Assembly (NCBI GenBank): GCA_048941265.1
Contig: JBHLNT010000097.1
Coordinates: 1-15,720, forward strand
DNA length: 15,720 bases
Origin: Promethearchaeota archaeon
GTDB lineage: Archaea > Asgardarchaeota > Lokiarchaeia > Sigyniarchaeales > SOKP01
Direction: 5' to 3'
Shown here: positions 6,429-14,683 of the stretch, in pieces
Layout: every line of letters begins with the position of its first letter
Numbering within the stretch: position 1 is the first letter of the stretch
Position numbers and translations under genes: made by a program
Notes under the pieces: model-generated
Database searches by the model: none
What the model was told of the DNA's origin: nothing
Seen by the model: only the letters and a program-made list of their open reading frames with translations

Positions 6429-8879
6429 ATGAATTTGAAAAAAAATACATATGTAGCTTTTTTTTTTCTTATCTCAATGATATTATCTTCTATGATTTCA
6501 TTAAATTTTATCAACGTTGCTGCAGATGAGGGGGGAGGTCCTCCATATATGGACTGGGATGTCAAACCTGATCCCCCAAATGATAAATGCTATTGGGATT
6601 TTAATAATGGAACATTAGTTGGCTGGCATATATCGGGAGATATTGGCAACAGAGATTTTATATATAATATAACAAGCATGAGATATCTGAAGAACATATT
6701 ACCTGAAGGACATGCATATGGTGTTCTTTTACAAGAAGTATATTATGATATGGTGAATAGAGAAATAAAAGCTTATCCTGAATCATCTGATCATCCAATA
6801 GTAAATGCATCTTTAACAAATTTCACTTTAGGTCGTATTTATCCATGTGATCCATATGTACCTTCGTATAATTTGGCCAATTATTTCATTCCCAAGAATG
6901 ATACTACTGGAAATCCTCTCACTATTGCTTGGAGTGCCAATGCTTTAAGTCATTATTATGGTTGGATGCTTTCTAATTATACATCGGATATATGCGATGT
7001 AATATATTATGGGAATACTATTGAACTATATAATTCAACTGAAGGAACTTATGTAAATCTAACTTATGATAGTCATGGAATTTTGATCGATGGAAAACTT
7101 AAGGTATATTTTGGAGGTCCTAATGATCGTGCTGCTCCTAAAATAGTTAATTATTCACGAGTTTATAATTTCCAGAAGGATTGGGATCTCACACTAGGTG
7201 ATAAAGTCGGTTGGCATCTGAGTGGTGATTTCGGACCTGGAGTTGAATCTGACTTAATATATAATATTACAAAAATCGATTACTTCTTCAACGCAACTGG
7301 GCATGATATATATGGTAAGGAACCTTATCATTATGGTGTTAGTTTAACTCCAATGATCTGGAATGTGAGTCTTAACACTTTGCAAATAGCGAATCTATCT
7401 ATAAATCCCATATTAAATGTTTCACTTGTAAACGTGACCTATTCCTTACTCGAGCCTTTTAGTCGTGATGTTGGAAGTGGTCTTGGACTCTTATGTAATC
7501 CTTTCATTCATAAGAATTCTTCTGGAATACTTGATATAGATTGGTGTGCTGAAGCAATGCGCCAATTTTATTCTCAATTTCTTATGGGTGGTGCTCAAAA
7601 GTATGCAAATATGCAAGTCTCAGGGAATTCAATTCTCTATACAAATGATACTGCTGAAGCATATTGTAGTTTGACTTATGATAACAATGGCATTTTAACT
7701 TATGGAGAACTCCATACAGATTTTCAAGGGCAAGGCATTCACACGGTTACTTATACCAGAATTTATGATTTTAATCCCTTAAATAATATTGATTGGACAG
7801 ATGAATTTGATCAAGTTGGAGAATCTATGATATATTATATGAACGAAACTAAGCTTAAATTTGATTTTATAAAGACAAATAACACTATGGAATACGATCT
7901 CGAGTTTGAGGATGGAGAATGGCGCGAAAATGTAAGATATTATCAACAGGTGTGGGCAAATTTTTCTACAGATGATGGTAGTGGTTGGAATTATGAAGGT
8001 ATTATAGCAATTGGTCAAGCAAATGAATATCTGCCCATAATTCTTGGAGGTGGTGACGGAGATGGTGGTCCTCTTCCGATATACCTAGTACCAAGCGGAA
8101 CTAATGGAGAAGACTTAGCAAAAGTATGGAAACCGTTAGTAGATTTTGGTCAACTACCTTTTGATGGACTTTTAAATGGTTCTAACTGGATTGAGTTCAT
8201 TGATAGTTCATTGGGAGATTATACCGTATTTAAATATTTTGCTGATGGAATGCTTCAATATATTTATTCTACAAATGGTTCAAAAAGTTTTATTTCACCC
8301 TATGGTGGTCCCACATTTATATATCCAGAGAATTATGTTGCAAACCTAACAGATTTAATTAAAGATACTGCTTTAGATTTTTCTTTCCAACCTTCAGGAA
8401 TGGCAAGTTTCAATGTTTCCATTCATATTAACATGACTGAGGATACAAAACTTGTTTTCACAGGTTTTAGTAAACAACCGATTCAGACCTCATTATCAAA
8501 TGCTTTATTTTATTTTGATATTTGGTTTAATAGGACTAATGTGGATTCATTATTAAGTGAACCAATAAATATTTCCGTCATTTACAAAGGCTCGACCAAA
8601 TACAGCAACATTAAAATATATTTTTATAATGAAACTTCTAAAGCTTGGGAATTAGTTAGTTTTTCACTAATTAATAATGTCTTTGAAATTTCTCTTACAC
8701 ATGCCTCCCTTTTTGCGTTTACTGGAGTAACCCCTTCTACTTTTCCAACAGGAGGAGGTGGAGGTGGAGGTGACAATAACAAAGAAAAGGAAGCTGCAAT
8801 ACCATTTGGAAACTATTATTTAATCTTCTTGGCTCTAGCTGTAATAGGATTAGTAATTTATAAAAAACGTAAATTATAA
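6429..8879 (+). CDS. Large secreted, membrane-anchored surface glycoprotein with ~200-aa internal repeats and a C-terminal sorting signal (Loki-CTERM-like)
   Basis: N-terminal signal peptide (basic residues then a hydrophobic stretch), many N-x-S/T sequons, Gly7 linker (8751-8771), then IPFG, a transmembrane helix and KKRKL. Confidence 0.85.
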   Translation: MNLKKNTYVAFFFLISMILSSMISLNFINVAADEGGGPPYMDWDVKPDPPNDKCYWDFNNGTLVGWHISGDIGNRDFIYNITSMRYLKNILPEGHAYGVLLQEVYYDMVNREIKAYPESSDHPIVNASLTNFTLGRIYPCDPYVPSYNLANYFIPKNDTTGNPLTIAWSANALSHYYGWMLSNYTSDICDVIYYGNTIELYNSTEGTYVNLTYDSHGILIDGKLKVYFGGPNDRAAPKIVNYSRVYNFQKDWDLTLGDKVGWHLSGDFGPGVESDLIYNITKIDYFFNATGHDIYGKEPYHYGVSLTPMIWNVSLNTLQIANLSINPILNVSLVNVTYSLLEPFSRDVGSGLGLLCNPFIHKNSSGILDIDWCAEAMRQFYSQFLMGGAQKYANMQVSGNSILYTNDTAEAYCSLTYDNNGILTYGELHTDFQGQGIHTVTYTRIYDFNPLNNIDWTDEFDQVGESMIYYMNETKLKFDFIKTNNTMEYDLEFEDGEWRENVRYYQQVWANFSTDDGSGWNYEGIIAIGQANEYLPIILGGGDGDGGPLPIYLVPSGTNGEDLAKVWKPLVDFGQLPFDGLLNGSNWIEFIDSSLGDYTVFKYFADGMLQYIYSTNGSKSFISPYGGPTFIYPENYVANLTDLIKDTALDFSFQPSGMASFNVSIHINMTEDTKLVFTGFSKQPIQTSLSNALFYFDIWFNRTNVDSLLSEPINISVIYKGSTKYSNIKIYFYNETSKAWELVSFSLINNVFEISLTHASLFAFTGVTPSTFPTGGGGGGGDNNKEKEAAIPFGNYYLIFLALAVIGLVIYKKRKL

Positions 8880-8893
8880 TTAAATAATTTTAA

Positions 8894-8903
8894 TTTTTTT
8901 TTT
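8894..8903 (+). terminator. Oligo-T putative archaeal terminator after the surface-protein gene
   Basis: T10 run about 15 nt after the stop codon, at a convergent gene junction. AT-rich background weakens the call. Confidence 0.35.
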
Positions 8904-9483
8904 ATTGTTTTATTCTCAAATAATACCCTTTATCTATTAGATTTAAGGCCACTAAATCATTTATTTTAAGAGTGGAATATCGGTCTTTATCGACTTGAGA
9001 TTGAGCAACAGAAATTAACTCATTTGATTGATTGAGAATTAATAAAAATTCAGATTTTTTTAGGTTTTCGGGAATTTTAGAAATAATCTCTTTTGTAATC
9101 CTATTTCCATATAAAACTGCTTTCTCACCCTTATCATTCACAATAATATAGTTTTTTTCAGAAAAAACATTCATTTGATATAAGAATTCTACTCCTTCTA
9201 AACTCATAAAAAAATTGCTCCGCTTTATAAAACCAACATAGATTCCCATTGAAATAATCGAAATTTCTGAACTAAAATTATTAATTATATCGTTTAAACA
9301 ACTAGGAACTAAATAAATAATGGGATATTTGGAATTAGGAAATAAATCATTAAAAGAAATAAAAAGTAGAAAATCTATTTCATTTAAGAGTGATAAAATT
9401 TTGGGTTCAATTTTTATAATTGATTTTGATATTATGGTCTTTTCAGTTTTATTGATAATTCTGAAATTATTATTACTATACAT
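8902..9483 (-). CDS. nip7: Nip7-like large-subunit ribosome biogenesis protein (PUA domain)
   Basis: GEKAVLYGNRI...LILNQSNELISVA...LIDKGYYLR matches the Nip7 pattern (E..FLYGN...D.G.YLR); also the SMGIYVG motif. Confidence 0.8.
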   Translation of the reverse strand: MYSNNNFRIINKTEKTIISKSIIKIEPKILSLLNEIDFLLFISFNDLFPNSKYPIIYLVPSCLNDIINNFSSEISIISMGIYVGFIKRSNFFMSLEGVEFLYQMNVFSEKNYIIVNDKGEKAVLYGNRITKEIISKIPENLKKSEFLLILNQSNELISVAQSQVDKDRYSTLKINDLVALNLIDKGYYLRIKQ

Positions 9484-9561
9484 GATGAAATAAGATAAAT
9501 AGAAATAAGATAATTATTTTATATTAATCAAGAAGATTATTAAAGATATAGGGTATGATAT

Positions 9562-10278
9562 ATGGGCATTAGAAAAATTGAAGACGAGATTGATTTAAAG
9601 GAAGCGATGAGAAAGAGAGCTGCCGAATTAAAAATAAAAGAAATCCAAGCTAAAGCATCAACAGAAAATTTAACAAAAGAGCGAATCAGAGAATTAGCTA
9701 AGAGACATGGGGTTATTTTAGCCTTAACTCCCGAATTAAAAAGCGAAGTGGAGTTGCTGCAAAAGAAGTACAATATTCCATCTTCAAAAATAATGACAGA
9801 ACAGATAACGGAAAATGATGTTTTGATAAAATTCTCTAAAATTGACCATCAAAAGTTAGGAATGCTGGCTTATCAACGAGTATTGATGAGGAAAGAGGAA
9901 ATAGGAGTAGGATTATTGCCTATTTCAGAAGTTTTCGATTTAGTTAATACCGGACTATTAAAAGGGATCGTTGAAATTAAGGATGTAATGAAAGCAATGA
10001 AAATTCTCAATAAAACAAACGTGATTGATGATATAAAAAAATTAGATTCGGGACTAATAATGATTCAATTTTTTCCAATTCAATATACTGTAGACCAGGT
10101 AAAATTAATTGAATTAGCTAAAAAAAGTGATTATCTTACAATAGAAAATGTATGTCTTGAATTCAAATGGTCTCAAGACCGCGCTATAAAAGTTCTGAAG
10201 TCTTTAGAAGATAGTGGGTTGGCAAAATTTAGTGAATCTCTTTTGAAAGGAAAGCAATGGTTTTTTCCCTCATTATAA
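9562..10278 (+). CDS. ESCRT-II Vps22/Vps36 (EAP30)-like winged-helix protein
   Basis: LG.....L.....G.GLL.I.EV, IQFFP.....DQ..LIELA....YLT......F.WS..RA..VL..L...GLA and terminal WFFPSL mirror the Vps22/SNF8 C-terminal winged helices; adjacent to Vps25 and Vps4. Confidence 0.85.
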   Translation: MGIRKIEDEIDLKEAMRKRAAELKIKEIQAKASTENLTKERIRELAKRHGVILALTPELKSEVELLQKKYNIPSSKIMTEQITENDVLIKFSKIDHQKLGMLAYQRVLMRKEEIGVGLLPISEVFDLVNTGLLKGIVEIKDVMKAMKILNKTNVIDDIKKLDSGLIMIQFFPIQYTVDQVKLIELAKKSDYLTIENVCLEFKWSQDRAIKVLKSLEDSGLAKFSESLLKGKQWFFPSL

Positions 10279-10283
10279 AATAA

Positions 10284-11195
10284 TTATTCAAGTTTTACCT
10301 TGAAAGCTATTTGCCCATCTTCCAATTTTATAATGTTTCCTCTGTCATCTTTAGATAAAATTCTAAATATTTCTTCCAAGTCAACTTTAGGAAGACTACT
10401 AAACTCTAATTTAGATTCCCTTATCTCATATATTAAGATGGGTTCTAACTTACCATTATCAATAGCCCATTCATATATATCATCGGCAAATAGATCTAAA
10501 GTTCTCCAGTAGATACGTAGTTGATCTTCTTTTTTAGACAAAAATTTAGCAAGTTCTTGATCGACTAATTCCAGCGCAATTTCATGTACCGCTTGTTTTC
10601 GATCCTCAAAGTTAGCAAACGGTTTTTCGGTATATAATTCTCTAAGATAAATAATATGAAGGATGGCACATTTGGCATAATCAAATAGAACTTTACTCCA
10701 TTCGGTTTTCCAAGATTGATAATCCGTAGGATTCTTTTTTTTATTAGGGATCGAATACATAAAAGCGTATTTTGGTTCTTCAATCCACGGGTGTTCATAC
10801 AATAATTTTTCATAAGGAGATAATTCTTTTTCAATAACCCCTTTTTCTCCAACTATCTCCTCTTCAAGTTTCTGAAGTTGAGATTCAATATAACTAGCAT
10901 TTTCAGTATAAGTAGCTTTATCCATTTGTTCGAATTGTTTCAGTAAATATTTATCAATATCATTTAAACGGGCTTCAATTTGTTCCAAATTACCCTTATA
11001 GATTTCCTCGGTTTTGAATGCCTCATCTTTTATGTCCAATGGAGCTTCTTTTAAAGCTTCTTGTTCTTTTAATTCTTTTTGTCTCTTTAGTTCTCTTAAT
11101 CTTTGAAGTTCTTTTCTAAGAACTTCGAGTTCTTTATCGGCAACTTTTTGAACTTCTTTTGATGTTTCCTCTGGTTTTTCTCTTTGTCTTTCCAT
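10284..11195 (-). CDS. vps25: ESCRT-II Vps25-like protein with N-terminal coiled-coil extension
   Basis: SWKTEWSKVLFDY, KPFANF, IYWRTLDLFADDIYEWA and LIYEI match Vps25 (W..LV..., IMWR.PEEW...IYQW..., TLYEL); lies 28 nt downstream of vps4. Confidence 0.85.
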   Translation of the reverse strand: MERQREKPEETSKEVQKVADKELEVLRKELQRLRELKRQKELKEQEALKEAPLDIKDEAFKTEEIYKGNLEQIEARLNDIDKYLLKQFEQMDKATYTENASYIESQLQKLEEEIVGEKGVIEKELSPYEKLLYEHPWIEEPKYAFMYSIPNKKKNPTDYQSWKTEWSKVLFDYAKCAILHIIYLRELYTEKPFANFEDRKQAVHEIALELVDQELAKFLSKKEDQLRIYWRTLDLFADDIYEWAIDNGKLEPILIYEIRESKLEFSSLPKVDLEEIFRILSKDDRGNIIKLEDGQIAFKVKLE

Positions 11196-11223
11196 GTTTC
11201 AATATTTTAGATTTTAATTTAAA

Positions 11224-12426
11224 TTATTCTCCATATTCATCTTTCCAATCTTCATATTGCTTTAAAATAGCTTTAGAAGTCATTGGTTTTACTCTTTTTA
11301 AGGTTTTTTTAAAGTCATTTAAGTTGACATCTCTCACTTTAACTTCTTTATCTGAATTGTCCAATAAACCACCCATATCTAACTCTCGGATTGGAAGCAT
11401 TATTACTTCTCGGCATACATTTGAGATATCTCTTCCGGAATAATTTTCAGTTCTAACCGCTAGTTCTATAAAATCCTCATCAGTTAGAGATGTATTTACT
11501 CCTGCGGTATGAATTTTAAAAATCCCTGCCCTTGCTGGTACATCTGGAAGTGGAACATATACTTTCTTTTCGAAACGTGAAAGCATGGCATTATCGAGAT
11601 CCCAAGGTCGATTAGTGGCTCCTAAAACAAGTAAAGGTTTATCATAAGTTGATTTTAGGCCTTGAATTTCACTTAAAAGCTGTGTTTTTACTCTCCTTTC
11701 ACCACCACTTTCAGCCCCATCCCCTCTCTTTGTAGCAACTGAATCAATTTCATCCATAAATATTAAGCTTGGTGCTTTCAATCTTGCGACTTTAAAGAGC
11801 GCACTGATTAACTTTTCACTTTCACCTAACCATTTACTTAACATATCAGCTGAAGATGCACTAAAAAAAGTTGCTTTACATTCAGTTGCAGCTGCTTTCG
11901 CGAGTAGTGTTTTTCCGCATCCTGGGGGCCCAAATAACAATATTCCTGACCAGGGTTTTCGCGCTCCTGTAAATAATTCTGGTTTTACCATAGGCAAAAC
12001 TATAGCCTCTCTTAAGGCTTGTTTACAATTTTCCAATCCTGCGATTTCAATCCATCTTACATTTGGAGATTCTGTAACTATTGTTCCTGAGATCATATCT
12101 AATAGTTCTTGCTCTTCATCACTCGCTCTATCTCCTTTATCTCCCTCAGTTTTATCAGCACTTTGTGCTGGAATACCTTTTCTTGCTCGAGCTCCTCCTA
12201 ACTTATACTGAATCTGTCTAGCTCTATCCATATATTCTTTAATACTTGTTTCACAGATTTCTTTCATTTTTGGGTTTTTCGTGTATTTCACAAACTGAAC
12301 TAAAATCTCAGCAGCCCTAATGTATTTATTCATCGCTTGTTGGAATTGACCTTGGGAATCGAGAGTTACTGCTTGTTGTGCCTCTTTTTTAGCATAAAGT
12401 AATAATTTCGAATCTGAAGATGACAT
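11224..12426 (-). CDS. vps4: Vps4 AAA+ ATPase (MIT plus AAA)
   Basis: N-terminal MIT, PNVRW.EIAGLE..KQALREAIVLP, RKPWSGILLFGPPGCGKT, SKWLGESEK pore loop, FMDEID Walker B, LGATNRPWDLD, YSGRDI, C-terminal YEDW...YG helix. Confidence 0.95.
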   Translation of the reverse strand: MSSSDSKLLLYAKKEAQQAVTLDSQGQFQQAMNKYIRAAEILVQFVKYTKNPKMKEICETSIKEYMDRARQIQYKLGGARARKGIPAQSADKTEGDKGDRASDEEQELLDMISGTIVTESPNVRWIEIAGLENCKQALREAIVLPMVKPELFTGARKPWSGILLFGPPGCGKTLLAKAAATECKATFFSASSADMLSKWLGESEKLISALFKVARLKAPSLIFMDEIDSVATKRGDGAESGGERRVKTQLLSEIQGLKSTYDKPLLVLGATNRPWDLDNAMLSRFEKKVYVPLPDVPARAGIFKIHTAGVNTSLTDEDFIELAVRTENYSGRDISNVCREVIMLPIRELDMGGLLDNSDKEVKVRDVNLNDFKKTLKRVKPMTSKAILKQYEDWKDEYGE

Positions 12427-12649
12427 ATGTATATATCAAAAAATTTATGATATTTATAACTAATCTAATCAGATATTTGTAATAATTATTTGTTTAAAAG
12501 AATATATCATATTATCCCTTAAAATTTTATAGATGAAAATTGGACTCCACTAAAAATATAATCAATTTGCTCCAGAATCAATATAATAAAATTTTATATT
12601 ATGAAATTTATACTATATATAATAAAAAAAATATTAATTATTGATAACA

Positions 12650-13276
12650 ATGGGATTTCTGAAAGATTTATCTGGATGGTTAAGTGGTGGAAGAAAGAAA
12701 GATACAATCAGAACTGTTACTGTGAGGCTTAAAGTCTTCAATAAAAGGTTGATGCGTCAGTCGAAAAAATTAGAAATGAGTGCAAAATTAGCTAAAGATA
12801 AAGCAGTACAACTTCGACGAGATGGAGACTTAGAGGGTTCCAAATTCCACGCAAGAAATTATCTTCAAGTTAAAAATCAAGCGAGAGCTGTAGATGCGTT
12901 TCGCACAAATTTAGAAGGATTGCAATTTAAGCTTGAAAATGCAGGAGCAGTAAAAGATGTTTCTGAAATATTAAAAGGTGTCGCAGTTGCGGTAGCGGGA
13001 ATCAAATCTCAATTATCTGTACCTCAAATTACTGAGCTGATGAAAAATATAGACTTAGATGTTGAGGATTTCGCAGTTGCTCAAGAAATAACTTCAGAAG
13101 GCATGACTGATATGAACCTTGATACTGCTGTTACAGATTCGCAAGTTGATGATTTTCTTGGTGAAATTGATGCCGAAATTGGAATAGAAACTGGTGTTGC
13201 TTTACCCTCTGCTGCAGGGGGTAGCCAAAAAATTAAAGAACTAGAAGAAGAATTAAACCGATTAAAAAATGATTAA
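12650..13276 (+). CDS. ESCRT-III Snf7-domain protein, Vps2/24/46 class (ATG 12650; alternative TTG 12641)
   Basis: Basic N-terminal helical hairpin (AK.KA.....GD.EG.K.HA.N), acidic C-terminal half (QVDDFLGEIDAEIGIE), C-terminal MIM1-like ELEEELNRLK; divergent from vps4. Confidence 0.9.
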   Translation: MGFLKDLSGWLSGGRKKDTIRTVTVRLKVFNKRLMRQSKKLEMSAKLAKDKAVQLRRDGDLEGSKFHARNYLQVKNQARAVDAFRTNLEGLQFKLENAGAVKDVSEILKGVAVAVAGIKSQLSVPQITELMKNIDLDVEDFAVAQEITSEGMTDMNLDTAVTDSQVDDFLGEIDAEIGIETGVALPSAAGGSQKIKELEEELNRLKND

Positions 13277-13372
13277 TTTTTTTCTTCACTAATATCTTTT
13301 TACTTAACCTTAAAAAAAGTCAAATTATTTTAGTTTGGATTCTATATTTATTTTATTAATTTTAAATGAATT

Positions 13373-14389
13373 GTGATAATTTTGAATCCAGAATTAATTA
13401 CGATTGGAAGTTGTACTCTTGATTGTATTATCCAAATCAAGGATATTTTAAGATTTGAGCTATTTGATAGAGAAATCGTGAAAAAGTATACTGCCATCGA
13501 ATACAGCAAGAAATTGAATATAGAAAACGTGAGGTTTGTTCCTGGAGGCTCTGGTGCAAATATAGCAGCAAATTGTGCAATGTTAGGATTGAGAACAACA
13601 TATATAGGAATTCTTGGAAACGATTTTTCTGCTGAAATTTGTTTAGATGATATGAAGATGAGAGGAGTAGATCTTTCTCAAATTAAACAGACAGATGAAG
13701 ATGGCACTGCTTTTTCAGTTATTTTAAGAACAGACTGGGGAAAAGATAGAAGTATTCTTGCCGCAAAAGGAGCAAATAATTTGCTACAACCTTCTGATAT
13801 TAAAGAAGAACTATTTGAAAATATTAAAGCTTTTGCTTGGACCTCACTTACAACTGAAAGCGGTTGCCAAGCAATTGAAAAAGCACTAACGCTGACAAAA
13901 AATAATGGAGGCAAAGTCTTTGCAGCGCCAAGTATGTCGATCATAAAAAATAATCCCAAATGGGCAAAAATTTTAATTTCAAATTCTGATGTCGTATCCT
14001 TAAATAGCGATGAGGCCCAGGAATTTACAGGGGAAAAGGATATACTTCATATGATTCATCACTTTCTTAAACTTGGGGTAGGACTGATCTCAATTACAGA
14101 TGGTCCAAATGGTTCAATTATTTCAGATGGAAAAGAAATCGTGAATAGCAATGTATATCAGGGAAAGGTCGAAGATACTACAGGAGCGGGAGATGCATTT
14201 TTAAGCGGCATACTAATTTCAACTTTAAATAATTTTTCTCTTCAAAAAACCTCGAAAATGGCAACTGCTATGTCATTCTTAGAATGCAAAGAAATAGGTG
14301 TAAGGGAAGGATTGCCAAATAGCCTTTCGGAATTAGAAGATTTTGTTAATAAAAATGAAATAAAACAAGTGATTTCCAAAGTTATATAA
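13373..14389 (+). CDS. PfkB/ribokinase-family carbohydrate kinase
   Basis: IGSCTLD, PGGSGANIA..CAMLG, GILGND, SLNSDEA, ITDGPNGS and DTTGAGDAFLSG signatures. Start is GTG 13373 or TTG 13382. Confidence 0.93.
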   Translation: MIILNPELITIGSCTLDCIIQIKDILRFELFDREIVKKYTAIEYSKKLNIENVRFVPGGSGANIAANCAMLGLRTTYIGILGNDFSAEICLDDMKMRGVDLSQIKQTDEDGTAFSVILRTDWGKDRSILAAKGANNLLQPSDIKEELFENIKAFAWTSLTTESGCQAIEKALTLTKNNGGKVFAAPSMSIIKNNPKWAKILISNSDVVSLNSDEAQEFTGEKDILHMIHHFLKLGVGLISITDGPNGSIISDGKEIVNSNVYQGKVEDTTGAGDAFLSGILISTLNNFSLQKTSKMATAMSFLECKEIGVREGLPNSLSELEDFVNKNEIKQVISKVI

Positions 14390-14474
14390 ATCCAAATAAA
14401 ATAAATCTTAGAATCATTAAATTTTAATTTCTTGATGTATTTTTAATTAACATTAAAACGCGCTCTTAGTATAG

Positions 14475-14502
14475 AGCTATTCATATACGGAATAGCGTAA
14501 AA
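14475..14502 (+). other. 28-nt tRNA intron at non-canonical D-loop position 15/16
   Basis: 7-bp stem GCUAUUC/GAAUAGC; 5' bulge AG|A; central GUAU/GUAA (3 pairs including U.G, plus G.A); 3' site AA|U with a weak outer helix (relaxed BHB). Excision keeps G15 for the G15-C48 pair. Confidence 0.8.
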
Positions 14503-14524
14503 TGGTCAGTATGCCAGGTTGCCA

Positions 14525-14552
14525 ATTCTTAACGATCTGTTAAAAAACAAAC
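14525..14552 (+). other. 28-nt tRNA intron at canonical position 37/38
   Basis: Outer helix is the anticodon stem CCAGG/CCUGG; central UUGC/ACAA (3 bp plus C.A); bulges CA|A and AC|A; intron stem UUcUUAAC/GUUAAaAA. Confidence 0.9.
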
Positions 14553-14683
14553 ACCTGGCGACCCGGGTTCAATCCCCGGAGGGCGCATCTATTTTCTTTT
14601 AAAAATTATACCCTTAAATAATGATTTAAATATTTCCTTTAAAGTATATTTCTTCTAATTAGTAAGGGATGAGTATTTAGAAC

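Larger units (their letters stand above)
14460..14587 (+). tRNA. tRNA-Gly(GCC) with two introns (15/16 and 37/38); CCA not encoded
   Basis: Removing 14475-14502 and 14525-14552 gives a 72-nt cloverleaf: GCGCUCU UA GUAU AGUGGUCA GUAU G CCAGG UUGCCAA CCUGG CGAC CCGGG UUCAAUC CCCGG AGGGCGC A. Confidence 0.93.

Noticed and set aside
8751-8771. (GGW)7 microsatellite as a phase-variation tract
   Set aside because: It is a mixed GGA/GGT triplet run encoding a Gly linker; slippage would keep the frame.
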